From Albugo candida (taxonomy: Eukaryota), in assembly GCA_040437565.1 (NCBI GenBank), contig JBDOQK010000027.1:1-64000 (forward strand): 64,000 nt of DNA. The letters run 5' to 3'. The notes under the pieces are model-generated. The model saw only the letters and a list, made by a program, of their open reading frames with translations. It was not told the DNA's origin and did not search any database. Position numbers and translations under genes: made by a program. This document shows, piece after piece, positions 12,501 through 26,682 of this stretch. How positions within the stretch are numbered: the stretch's first letter is position 1; each line of letters opens with the position of its first letter.

Positions 12501-14234
12501 CATTACGCCAACAGAAACGCTCACTCAAATTCCACGAGCTTTCGTCCTTCTCCATTGGCTCCTGCTCATTCGACCCAGCAGAAGGACCTCGACATGGAAG
12601 TTTCGCTGCAGCTTTCACCAGACATCCTTTGTGCACGTCAGCATGGCAATTTTCACAGCGATATCCCCAGGCTCCTTTCAATACATTGACAATCACTCGA
12701 TCGCCTACACTATCAGTGAGGCGAAGAGACTTGCGACGTGAGGCGACTGGAAGACTTACACAAAGTACAAACGGGAATTACGATTCCAATGGATCGAAGC
12801 TGATGCACACGGAACTTGTGCTTTTTTGAAGGTGATAGAGCGTTTTCTTCCGGCGAAAAACGGATACTGAGGAAAATTCTGGGCGAATTCGATCGGAATG
12901 ACCGCGTGAGTGCCGCAGCTGCTCCTCGAGACGACAGCATGAACCATCTTCTGATCTCCACATTCGGATAACATAACAGCGGACTCATATCCAACAGAGC
13001 ACAAGCCATAAGATCGTCAGCGATATAATTGTAATTCCAAATTTCGACCTCCAAAAGCGGAATTGGAGTGATAGAGCTGTTGTATATGTGCGTCAATTGC
13101 ATTTTGTTCTCATGCATTTTCTTCCATATGGGATTTTTGCCTCCCAATTCAGTCGGTTTGGTCTGTTGCGGTTCTTTCCACGGAAGTAGAGAGAGTTTGG
13201 TATACGGTGCAAGCGACCCGAGTATTTGTAATCCAGGTAAATCAACTGCTCGTTCCACTGTGATGAAGAATGTTCCTGGTTTATTGACTTGCGATGGTTG
13301 TGTCATGCTGATAAAGTTATTGCGAGATACGGCGGTCTCTGTATACTTTTTCTGTATATCTGCTGCGAATTGGGCGCAACCGTGATGCGTCAAGATGTTA
13401 TTGGCTCTAAAGCGGTACATGTAGTGTCCCGGTGCGTCCGGCCAAGACACATCACAGACATCACACGTTTTCGTTGAGACGAAATGTTTTTCTGATTGTG
13501 ATGCGTCTCCCTTTAATAGTGGATCTTCCTGCTCGATTTCATTTGATTCGAATATGGGACCGACTTCCGAATATGTTTGCAAGGTTTTTGGGTCTTCCTG
13601 AGTGAAATGATTTTCAAATGATTTCTGAAGAGCTTTCAACGTCGAATTTGTGTGTTTGATACGTTTCAATTTGGAGCTGTAGAGTACGAGTGGTCAGTAT
13701 CTCAATGAGTACGAGTAATTTACGGTTTACATTGCGAGTGTGCCGATTGACGGAGGGCTTTTTTGTATAGTGGCTTTGGGGTTATATTGCGAGAATTTTT
13801 CCAATAGCCTTTCCAACTCGAAACTGGAGCAAATCGTGATAACATCCCCGTCTGAAATTTGCGAATCTATTGATCGATGGATTGCAACGACTACAGAGAA
13901 CACATGAGTTGATTCCCATTGGATGATGGTGAAGAGGAATGCGTAGGACCTGCACCGGATGACTCATTCATGAGATGAAGATCATTATCTCCTGAAGCCA
14001 GTTTCGATATCACTTGAGGAAATATTTTGTATTCTTCCAAGATCTGTAAACAAGAACTCGTTTTGGAGTGCGATTCAATGCGATTTTTATTCTTTTCATA
14101 GCAAATCCTGGAGGATTTATTGTGTGGGATTACATAAATGATATAACGTATGGTACGAACCAAAACGAGATGGAAGGTTGGGGTTGAGAATCACTCGACG
14201 ACGGTGTTGAATGGCCTCTTTGCCGCACTTCCAT
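9573..14234 (-). CDS. Multi-domain C1/C2 membrane protein (MCTP/PRT_C-like) with C-terminal PH-like domain, multi-exon
   Basis: C2 (FFITVERAVDLP...PYTKLSL...GGKNPIW...LEVEIWNYNYIADDLM), C1 (HKFRVH...C..C...GYRCENCHADVHKGC...C), second C2, two hydrophobic blocks with VISWKD and VFNWTHPWKT (PRT_C-like), terminal exons LWIGYV...RFFLVY...LLFWKSEED. Confidence 0.75.
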
Positions 14235-15299
14235 GACACAAAGTACGCGTACCCCGTACCTTTGAGGAAGGATTAAATTTGGAGATAAGCGGTAATATAA
14301 TTCAAAGATTCGAGTTTAAAGATCAGTAGAATGAGTCAGATGATTAACGGTTGGATAAGTCCAGCATTATAGTATACTATTGACTCAACTGTGAACTGTT
14401 TCGTACGCGTCTATAAGGGAGAAATCGGTCCGTACTATGGCGCATCTTGTTCTCCTAAAGAGCGATTGGAATGCATCAATGCAAATACTTTTCAAAATTA
14501 TGATTAATATCTTTATAGCTTTTCACCCAACTGGCTGTATGCATTTGGATCGCGTTGCAATATTACATTAGTAACACGCCCGAGACCTTATGTATCAGCA
14601 ATGAAGAAAGCGATCTCCTCGATCTCAAGTTGATAAAACGAACTGATAACCGCGTGAGTGAAAATAGGTTCGTTTCCGTCAGAAAAAGCACCTGCAGCAA
14701 TCGATCGAAGTGTCAGATAAGGAATAGAGGTATTTTACGGGCCGCAAGATATCAAAAGTAGAGTGCGACGGTTGATTGAAATCTGTTGAGAGCAAACGCA
14801 CCTTACGGATATATACACATCGATGAAGGGAGAACGGACCGTGTTGTCATTCCTTCAAGAAAATTACGGCTGGACGTTCAATCTACTTGCAACACACGCA
14901 ATGTTTTGGGCGGTTGGATTACCGATTGGCTTGGATTATGGCTATTCCAGCAACAACTATAACGAGAAAGGAGGTGTTTCTTCCGGTTCACTTGGATCAG
15001 GAGCCTTTGTGATCACTTTGTTTGTCTGCTGCCTATGCACCCTGACTTATGTTATGAAACTAACAATGCACTTGATCTGTAAAGAGACATCAAATGATTA
15101 GATTTCCACTCATTTTGTATCAAATAAGACAAGTAAACAAGTCAAATATACTTGTATTCATTTCACTGCTTCACCATCAATCGCTGGCCAATAGAATTCA
15201 AGTAGTGTGCAATGCAATAGCTGACAAAAGGCCGCTTCTAAGCATGCGGGCTCGTGCTGTCTCTCTTTTAACTAGATTATTGACATTTCAGTAAGTTTA

Positions 15300-16432
15300 A
15301 GCCAAGATGATTCGCCATAAATCGCACAATTTTCTCGATGATTCAATTATGCTCATTGCGACTTGGCAAGTGCATTTGTAGTGATTGCTTCATAGTATCT
15401 TCTCTTAGAGCAATACGATAAATGCGCTCCTATGCGATTTTGTAAACGTTCAGAATAACGACAAGATTTCCATACGACTTGCGCATTGCTCCTTCGTTTA
15501 TAGGCTTTTTTCAGTTGGACTCTTCACTCGATACGCTTCACCGTGGCCCAATCGATCCCTTCCTCTTAAAGAAGCAGATCGTATCCATTTAACTTGAATC
15601 GTTGCCACACCGATTGAACGATAGAGCATTAGTATCGGTAATCAGTCGAATGGAGAGTGGAGTGTATAAGATGCCGCTGGATGGCTTAGAGCCCTAGTGA
15701 ATTGCTTTGATGCTTGGCATACTCCTTCACCGGATGTATGTCAGTTAAGAAGTCGTGTTATAATCGAACCCGCCTCTGGCTCCTGGCAGCCTTTCAAGTT
15801 CCAACAAGTTCCGGTAGATATAATATCCATACGCTTTGATTCTTGTATCTGCGACACTCGAACACTCACTAAGCGACAATACCATCATATAACAGTAGTG
15901 AGCTTATAAGTGTTACATAAGAACATTATGGGTCGAACCAGCTTATTACAATAATACTAGAACTAGCCATACGATTTACCGATAAATACGACTCTTTTAA
16001 TTGGGTTGTGAGCTTTTGATTCTCATGTGCACGTTCTTGATGGCAAGTGCACAATCCTTCTGATCCGAATTGCATAACCTCTTGAACTTGCCGTAAAGAG
16101 AAATAAAGCCAGACGTTAAGATCAGACGTCACTACGGTCCGCTCATTTGTGTGTGTTCTGCATCTACCTTGACACCAGCAAAGCCTTCCTCCTTCACGTA
16201 CACTTTTGGCTCTTCAATTTCTATCTCGCTTTCGTCGCTTCTTCCTCGGTCAATATAAATCGCTGCAAATCAAATCCTTTTTTAATTGGCTTGCTTCAAT
16301 CACTTCTTCTGATGCTTTGTGCTGAGGTGCAGAAAGCAGCGACAACGGCATGGCATGCCCTCCTCCAACGCGCTTCATGATTTATGGTGCCATTTCGCTG
16401 CTTCGTGTTGTGCGAGAAACTAATTGATCCAT
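15300..16432 (-). pseudogene. Decayed paralog of the coiled-coil gene at 1-413
   Basis: Translates MDQLVSRTTRSSEMAP*IMKRVGGGHAMP..., versus MERGRARRARSNAMTPSNMRRVGGGYAM in the intact gene. Same AAAAGAATGG start context and similar upstream exon; many downstream stops and frameshifts. 3' limit approximate. Confidence 0.65.
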
Positions 16433-18994
16433 TCTTTTCTGTGATTGCAAATGTGAATACGTTATCAAATCATACGGACAAAAAAGATATGTACGCAATT
16501 TGAGCTTCGCTATCCCGGCAGAACCTGCGGGGTAGCTCGCGAGCGCTTGGTCGGCGCTATCAGGATCGAACAGAGTGGACGCATAGCCCCCGTCGATAGC
16601 GGCTTTGCATTTTCATGTTCTGCAGTCGTTCGAGAACGTTTCAATCCTAGCTTTTGACCCAGATGCTCCAAAGGTGCTGCTTTAATATCATTCGATGTAG
16701 AAATGTAAAAGCATCGACGCTTCATGATACTGATAACCAAAGCGTATTCTGTGTCTGATACAAATCAATACGCTAACTCATCCTCTAGCGGTGTTGATGC
16801 AAGTGCGGTCCAGTTGTACAGTGCAAGATATGTTTCACTCTGCATAATCATCAAGAAATATGCACCTCGTTTGTCTGTGTAAGACGAATCTGTACCTGCA
16901 TGCTGATTCGCAGCATTTCCACTTTCTGCAGCATTGACCGTGTAAATTGCATAGCTGGAGACCTTGTTCGTATGGGACGTTGTTGGAAAGTAGCGACTCC
17001 ACATTGCCATCCGTCCGACGTTTTGGTAAAACGATCCAAGGATCTAAATAGTGGTTTCGTCTACCTTCCGTTACGGACTGTCCCGACGCAGTGGTTTATG
17101 TAACTGAGGAAGGCCGTCGGAAGAGATACTAACGGTCATACATAATATAATTGAATCTATTTTTCCTTCTCTTCGGTGAAGCAACTTTCCATTCTGTGCG
17201 GCAATTACGACAGATGTCGTTTACAGGTCATTTGCTGGACGCTACAGCATTCACATTCCACCTTTACTCCGCTTGTACAGTGAGAGTGTTGCCAACTATA
17301 CCTCCAGCATGATGTAGGATCAGTTTTGTAGATGCGTGACTTCTGATGCCGTCATACACGTTGAGAGTCAGAATAGCCGTGTCTTGTCTTTCTAACTCCC
17401 ATAGAGCTTCTTCGAGTATCCGATTTCTTAAATCCCACCAAGGCTTCTTTGAATGCGTACCAAGCAGATCGATTTTGAGCGCTATAGTGTGGGGACCGAC
17501 CACACCTTCTATATCGTCGGAATGTATTGACGATTATGAAGGAATGGCCATTCCGTTCCCTTAAAAATTTGTTATGCATTGTAATTCCTCACAGATGCAT
17601 CCCTGCATTATATGCAGGGTGATAGTTTCCTTACTCATTGAGTTGAAGCCACCCATACTGATCGTAAGAATGTAAGAGAATACTGTTAAGTATACCACAC
17701 GAACATTCTTACATGATGGGCCTCAAAATTTGCGCGGAGAGAGTCCCTAGAGTTAGGGATCACCGTGATATAGAAGTCGATAGAATACATTCCAGAGATA
17801 AACGACCATTATTCTGTTTGATACGTTGACCTCTGTCTGTTTGTCATAAGTGAACAACGAACGAAGTATGCTGTCGCTTCTCGATCATCAGCATTTCTTG
17901 TTATCGAGACGCAATTCCACGTGTGTATTGATCGCGCATTACTAGACGCTTTGAAGCTGTCAGGAGTTCTAGTACTTACGGCTTCGCAATAAGTGTCGAA
18001 TTGACGCTTTGTGAGCAGAATTGACACAAGCAATCAATAAACCCAACAAGAACACCAAGCCAATGATGCGCATCAAGCGTCGATGCTGAAAGAAGCCGAG
18101 GTTACTCAGCCGCTCAAAATATTGTCCATATGCCGAGTTGATCGCTTTCAAAGTACCGGTGGAACGATGGCCTGCTATAAAAAGAGCCATCGTTTTGCCT
18201 GATCGACCTCACAACACTTGTCAGATACCATCAGAGGTGTTTGCACATTTATTGCAAATACAATGGTCTATTCGTGCACAAGATACTCGAAGAGAGATCA
18301 TAAAAAGGCAAGGAAAGTCTCTTCGATTCCGCGCGACATCATTCATCGACACGGAGTAGCTTCATTCGAATCGAATTCAGATACTTTGGGAAGGTGAATG
18401 TCGAAGACGATGAGTTCTTCGAGACCTCGTACGTACACACGAGTTCAGACTACGACTTTTGCATCGTAAATAGAGAAACTCATGATCCAAATAAAGTAAT
18501 ATACAAGTATCTAATGTAGTCGTTAATTGTGTGCGCCCAGCGCTAAACCAAGCGTACAAAGTCTAGTTTCTCGTCCAGACATTGTATGCGAGCAATTGCG
18601 AGACTATTAGTAATTCAATTACATGGACAGCATTCCGACGTAAAATTGATGTGAATGTATCGATATCAACCAGAGAACCTTGTCGGAACGACGCAGGCAT
18701 GGTCGCCTTCATATATTAGCGTTTTCTATACATAAATAAGGAAGAGTAGAGGATACTCCCATGAGTCGGCTATCTCAAGACACTAAAACTGAAAGACGCA
18801 TTATGTACTCAAAAATGATTCACTAATAGGAAAGAAGTTTGAAGTATGCTCGCAATTAAATGAGGTGCTCAAAGTGCTTTACAGATCACAATTTATATTC
18901 GGAAATCTCATTACCCTCGAAGTATATGTTTTCCCAGTCAACTGCTCCAGAAAGGTTATCCCTGCGTCAACTTTTCCAGCTTACAAGATTGTGA

Positions 18995-19972
18995 CAAGGT
19001 TCGCTTCTATGCTCACAAAGTACGAGATCGATGCTTTGGAAACGTTACCAACTTGTTTACGCTACGAGACGTGCAACCTTACTGTAATGTTAGGGGTTCG
19101 TATCGTATGTACGTATTTACTAGGAAATCATATTCACTTATTCAGATAATTTATGTATATTGATTTTGAAATTTTCTACAGCAAACGATGCTAAGAAACG
19201 GATACGGTATCGCACACCTATGTGTCTCACTTAAACATTACGCTCAAGGTTCGCTTTCATGCTCACAAAGTACGAGATCGATGCTTTGGAAATGTTACCA
19301 ACTTGTTTACGCTACGAGGCGTGCAACCCTACTGTAATGTTAGGGGTTCGTATCGTATGTACGTATTTACTAGGAAATCATATTCACTTATTCAGATAAT
19401 TTATGTATATTGATTTTGAAATTTTCTACAGCAAACGATGCTAAGAAACGGATACGGTATCGCACACCTATGTGTCTCACTTAAACATTACGCTCAAGGT
19501 TCGCTTTCATGCTCACAAAGTACGAGATCGATGCTTTGGAAATGTTACCAACTTGTTTACGCTACGAGGCGTGCAACCCTACTGTAATGTTAGGGGTTCG
19601 TATCGTATGTACGTATTTACTAGGAAATCATATTCACTTATTCAGATAATTTATGTATATTGATTTTGAAATTTTCTACAGCAAACGATGCTAAGAAACG
19701 GATACGGTATCGCACACCTATGTGTCTCACTTAAACATTACGNNNNNNNNNNNNNNNNNNNNNNNNNNNNNNNNNNNNNNNNNNNNNNNNNNNNNNNNNN
19801 NNNNNNNNNNNNNNNNNNNNNNNNNNNNNNNNNNNNNNNNNNGCTAAGAAACGGATACGGTATCGCACACCTATGTGTCTCACTTAAACATTACGCTCAA
19901 GGTTCGCTGCAAGCTCACAAAGTACGGGATCGATGCTTTAGAAACGTTGCCAACTTGTTGAGGCGTGCAACC
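18995..19972. repeat. 250-bp tandem repeat array (at least 3 full units plus a partial)
   Basis: Unit starts CAAGGTTCGC at 18995, 19245, 19495 and 19898. The first and last units carry substitutions relative to the two middle units. Confidence 0.9.
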
Positions 19973-20159
19973 TTTTTTCGTAGTTCCATATAGGTAGAAC
20001 CTACCCCAAGCTAAAATATGCATTTGGGCAGAACTCACAATGCACCGATAGGAATAAGATGAGTTGTGTGCGTCGATATATTGAGTGGTGGTGGATCGAA
20101 GCAATTTGCATTCAGCTAAAAAGTCATCACAATCCAATATTCCGTCAACAGCGAACACA

Positions 20160-21194
20160 ATGAAGATCTATGCACCACTTTCGTACTATACCGCCTTACT
20201 AGGAGCCTTATCAGTATATCGCCATCACGTTGACGGTGATAGCCAATTCTGGTGTCGTTCTACTGATGGCGTTTCACTTTGTGGGCCAAAAGTTGATGTA
20301 GCAAAGCTATCGTCTGAGGAATTTCTCATAAAATTCAATATGGAGAGAACAAGATTGTTGTCAGAAGAGTTCAATATTTGCTTTCCTGGCGAGAAGATGG
20401 AAATACGATACTCAGGAGAAAACGAACCTGATGTCAAAAATATAGTATTTACAGATGAGAAGAAGGTTGTGGTCAACATGGAGAAGCTCTATAATCCGGA
20501 TAAGAGAAGGTCGACTGGCAACACAGAGTGTTGGATTGTATATGCTAAACGTTTGAAAGAATTGATGCGTGCCAAAAAGCTGGTTCCCACCAGGGATGCA
20601 TGGACGCTCGATTTTGATAAGTTCCTCGAATTGGCTGCAAAAGGGATCTATTCAGTTACGCATCATGATGGATACATTGGTATAGATTACGCTCAAAATT
20701 CTGAAACGCTCGGATTTGAAGATACCGATTTCAAGACTGAGAAAAAGCTTCGTCTTCCTGCGATCAAAATGGGTGAAACAGAATATAAGGACCAATCAAT
20801 TCGAATCCGTCTTGGCAATCTCCGACTGGGACTACCAATAATACCTTATAAAATGGCCTCTGAGTGGGCTATAACAAACGGTTTCAAAAGGATACACAAT
20901 GTGCTGCAACATACACGGAATGACGATCCTCCGGCTAAGACACCAAAACTGTATATCAGTATTCCTGGTCATCCATGCAAATACATCGACTTTCTTTATG
21001 CTGTGGCCGACGCAAGTTTCCTTTTTGTTCCTACCCATTGTGAATATTGGGAGATGAACTATCAGTTTTTAATGACGTCGATAGTCAGAGTCAACAAAAT
21101 TGATTCGGAGTACTACACGTATAAATTGGACAACCATGTTGTCAGCGAATCAAAACCAAATCTTGGCTATTTAGAAGGAGGTCCTCCCTGGTAA
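20160..21194 (+). CDS. Secreted protein (344 aa), candidate effector; degenerate pepsin-like fold lacking catalytic DTG motifs
   Basis: Single-exon ORF; N-terminal hydrophobic signal-like MKIYAPLSYYTALLGALSVY; C-half aligns by eye to the pepsin C-lobe (IYSV..GID..LRLPAIKMGET..IRIRLGNLRLGLP..PKLYISIPG..YWEMNYQFL). Confidence 0.7.
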   Translation: MKIYAPLSYYTALLGALSVYRHHVDGDSQFWCRSTDGVSLCGPKVDVAKLSSEEFLIKFNMERTRLLSEEFNICFPGEKMEIRYSGENEPDVKNIVFTDEKKVVVNMEKLYNPDKRRSTGNTECWIVYAKRLKELMRAKKLVPTRDAWTLDFDKFLELAAKGIYSVTHHDGYIGIDYAQNSETLGFEDTDFKTEKKLRLPAIKMGETEYKDQSIRIRLGNLRLGLPIIPYKMASEWAITNGFKRIHNVLQHTRNDDPPAKTPKLYISIPGHPCKYIDFLYAVADASFLFVPTHCEYWEMNYQFLMTSIVRVNKIDSEYYTYKLDNHVVSESKPNLGYLEGGPPW

Positions 21195-22658
21195 TACCTA
21201 ATACTAATACACGCTTTGACTTTATCGCACGCTAAACCTTTTATGATACACTCAAATAAGGAGTTCACTTGAGCATGATTTGTTCATCCTCGCCGCGTTC
21301 GTGTTTCTGCTGCTTTGAGCTGTTGCGATTTGATGCAGTACCCAGATTGCTCCCTACGCTTATTCTCAACTTATCTTAACCAAGAAGTATCAAGAAGTAG
21401 TCGTACTCGAACGACAGCTACTTCTTGTACGTCTCAGTATTTGAACGGGATCGGTGCTGTCAAGTTCAGAAAGAAGTACTCAAGCCGTGAGATCAGGGAG
21501 CTCACTGCCGTCTTCATCATGACTGATCGCTGATGCAAACCTCTCAGGCGATTCGACTCCATCAACTGAATCCATCAGGATATCTCGTGCGATCGTCTCA
21601 TCTTATATACAAGCAGGTATGAATCAGATATTTGATCACTTCACACACGTGTCCAAGCAAAAGAAAGCGGTGCGATTAGTTCGAGCGACATCGAACCATA
21701 TCTGTTGTTCAGAAACGGCGAACAAATTCCCACAAATTGCTGTTTCCAGCGCACTATAAAACACGACAAAATCAGACGTCAATGTCACACGGGCAGTATG
21801 GTGGAAGTGAGTTGTGATGATGTCCACGTTGACGATGATTTAGGCTCCAAGAGAGATAACATGAAGCCACAACGTGACGGGGAATACGGACGAGAAAAAG
21901 CAGAAACTTCAGCTGACGTTATCAACGACTGCTCTGCTTTCTTGTATTTCTGTCGACCACATCAGCTGCTCTTGAAGCTTTGATGAAAGTTTGAGACGAA
22001 TCACCATAATTCAGGTGCACAAACGTGTTTCAAAGGTTGGAAAGCACTTCAAAGCGATACCTTTGTACAGTTGTCGAATCGGTATATTGCGAGGTCGATT
22101 TCGATACAAAAATGATCGGTCGGAGAACGAGTAAAGGCACAGGTCCGTATCGCTTACAAGTTGTCGCCAAACAACTTTTTCGCGAGTGTGTGTTGTATGG
22201 AATAAAAAAACGTAAGAATAGTACGAATCGAGGAATTGGGCCGAACTGAGTGCTTAGGCACGTTCATGTGTGAATTTTCTGATGTCGAAATACGTCAGTC
22301 ACGGATTATAAGACCGACTTTGCGAGTACGATGAAGAGCTATTGCGCTAGATTGCATATTTTGCATACGTAATTGTCGGTCAATGATACATTCTCTAACG
22401 ATATTTCGCGATATGCGTACCCATTTTGATATAATAATTGTGTCGAAGAAAACTGCGTGGAACTGAAGCACATTGTTCAATGTGTGTGGCAACCAATCAA
22501 AGTCTCAAATTATTTTCAAGCAATCAGGTTCCATGTTGGAATCGGGTCAATGAGCGTACTGCAACCGGATCGACATGTTTCTATCTATAACCTGTCGCGT
22601 AAATCGTTTTTGTATTTTATAACAACAGGAACCTGTAACGTCCGCAATCGTTGCGTGA

Positions 22659-24390
22659 TCATTGATAAATACTGCTAACCGATCCTTTCTCATCAAAAAT
22701 TTTTGTGTTATCATGTTCAAGCCACTCAAGCTCCACATCCATTACTGCTTTGAGTCTTTGAAGTATTGAGGTATACCGTGAATTATCCAATCCACGAGCA
22801 GACATAATCTACACATCCAATCAGTCAGCGCAATAAAAAGAGTCCGAAATCGCTACCACTCACCTGCTCAACATTCATTCCTAGATACTGAATTGCACGC
22901 TCATATCGATCTTTTTCCACTCCTTTGCGATACAACGGAAATCCCAAAGAAGGGTCCCGCGTTTCGTCTTGAATAGAAGACCGCGAACAAGCAACAAAAA
23001 CGCGATATCGAATTTGAATATGAAAATACTTGCTAAGCATAAAGACAAGATGGGCGACATATCCAAGTGCTGTAGACACACATTCTTCTTCTCCTTTTCC
23101 ATTATTTGTCAAATCAGAATTCGTCAGACGGATACCTCGAATACAGCACTCTCCTGAACGATTGCACTCGATTGGATACACTTCTTGCAGCGCTTTCACA
23201 AGCATCGCTTGACGATATCGTATCTGATACGCCGTCCGTAAAATCTGATATCGCCGTTCCAGAATCCCATCTTGCTCGTCTTTGCACTTTAGATTCATGT
23301 GCATCAACTTGACCAATGCCTTGGAGATTCTAACATCGAGGTCGAGCGTCTTCTTTTCCTGTAACGATGTTTGTTGGAGGCGATTAACGAATTCTCCGAG
23401 ATGAACAATTCGTTTTCGTAGTTTTTGTATGCTGTCCCGTTTTGCATCACAGTGCCGCTCAACTATTGGATCAATACATTGCCGAGCGTACTTTAGACTG
23501 AGACCGTTTTGAATGTCATGACTTAATCTAGCGACCCGATCATGAATACTGGAGAATGTACGTTTCAACGTCTGAATACGAATCCGATGTTCCAAGCTTT
23601 GGTTCACATGTACCGAACATACTGATGGTGTTGTCTGTTTCAAACAGGAAATCGTAGTGCCTGAAGTGTTTGAAACTTGGCGTACCATTCGAAACGTTCG
23701 TTTTGAAACGTGTACACCACCATCACCTAACGTGAAAAACCAAGTGTTTAGTGGAAGTGACTCGATTTCAGCCAGTGGAACTGCAAGCGGAACTAATTCA
23801 TTCAGTTTACATCGAAACTGAAGCACTTCATCGCGTCGGAATGCCGCACTCCGATCTGAGACACGCTTTCCATTCGATTGTGTTTCATAGTATCCTTGCC
23901 AACTGCCGCTTTCCACACGATACACAACGATTGTGAGAGCAACTCCACGTCGTCCGTGCACTACAGACGGCAATTTCTTAACAGTTAACCTGTTCGGTTG
24001 TCTATCTGCTCGTCCGTGTCCCTCTAACTTTGATAACTGAAACGGGATCCATACGGGAAATAACGTGTTTTTAACAATTTCACTCGTGTACGCGATCCTA
24101 TTTTCGATCAAAACTTCAAAGTACAAATCGAGCATTTTTATACTGGAATTTGTATGCAACGCAACATTTCGTATACCAAATGTCACAAAGTCGTCCATTT
24201 CGATCGATCTCGCAGTACATCGCTCGTTTCTCTTGCTATCTATCGTCGACGTTGCGGCTGGGATTGACGACATGGAACAAACACTTCGCAATCCCTTCCC
24301 AGACGTATTTCCGCGCGCAGACACCGCATTCGAAGACCTTAGGTCTCTCGGATCTCTCAAACACGCGTATGCATACAGAAATTCGGCCAT
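22659..24390 (-). CDS. UVRAG/Vps38-like subunit of PI3K complex II, 2 exons
   Basis: N-terminal C2-like YTSEIVKNTLFPVW, coiled coil, LQEVYPI...IRGIRL...STALGYVAHLVFMLSKYFHIQIRY...FPLY...YERAIQYLGMNVEQ; last exon ends 22659. The start could be as far upstream as 24555. Confidence 0.85.
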
Positions 24391-24557
24391 CACACTGCAC
24401 AAAGCGCCAGAAAAACGTCCAACTGTCCCGTTTCTCCGAGTCGTCTGTCGACAAACGCAATACACGTAACTTATGTGTGCACATAGAATAAGGTAAACGC
24501 GATCTTGAAACGACGTCATGCAAACACTTTGACTTCCCTTACATTTGCGCGTCATAC

Positions 24558-26682
<2,125 letters not shown>

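Noticed and set aside
14823-15101. 92-aa ORF with two hydrophobic stretches
   Set aside because: No recognisable family or supportable exon structure.
16500-17580. Protein-like fragments on the minus strand
   Set aside because: Probably a decayed gene or TE, but no motif I can assign.
21315-22250. Possible piggyBac-like transposase remnants
   Set aside because: No DDD motifs, TTAA ends or TIRs identifiable.
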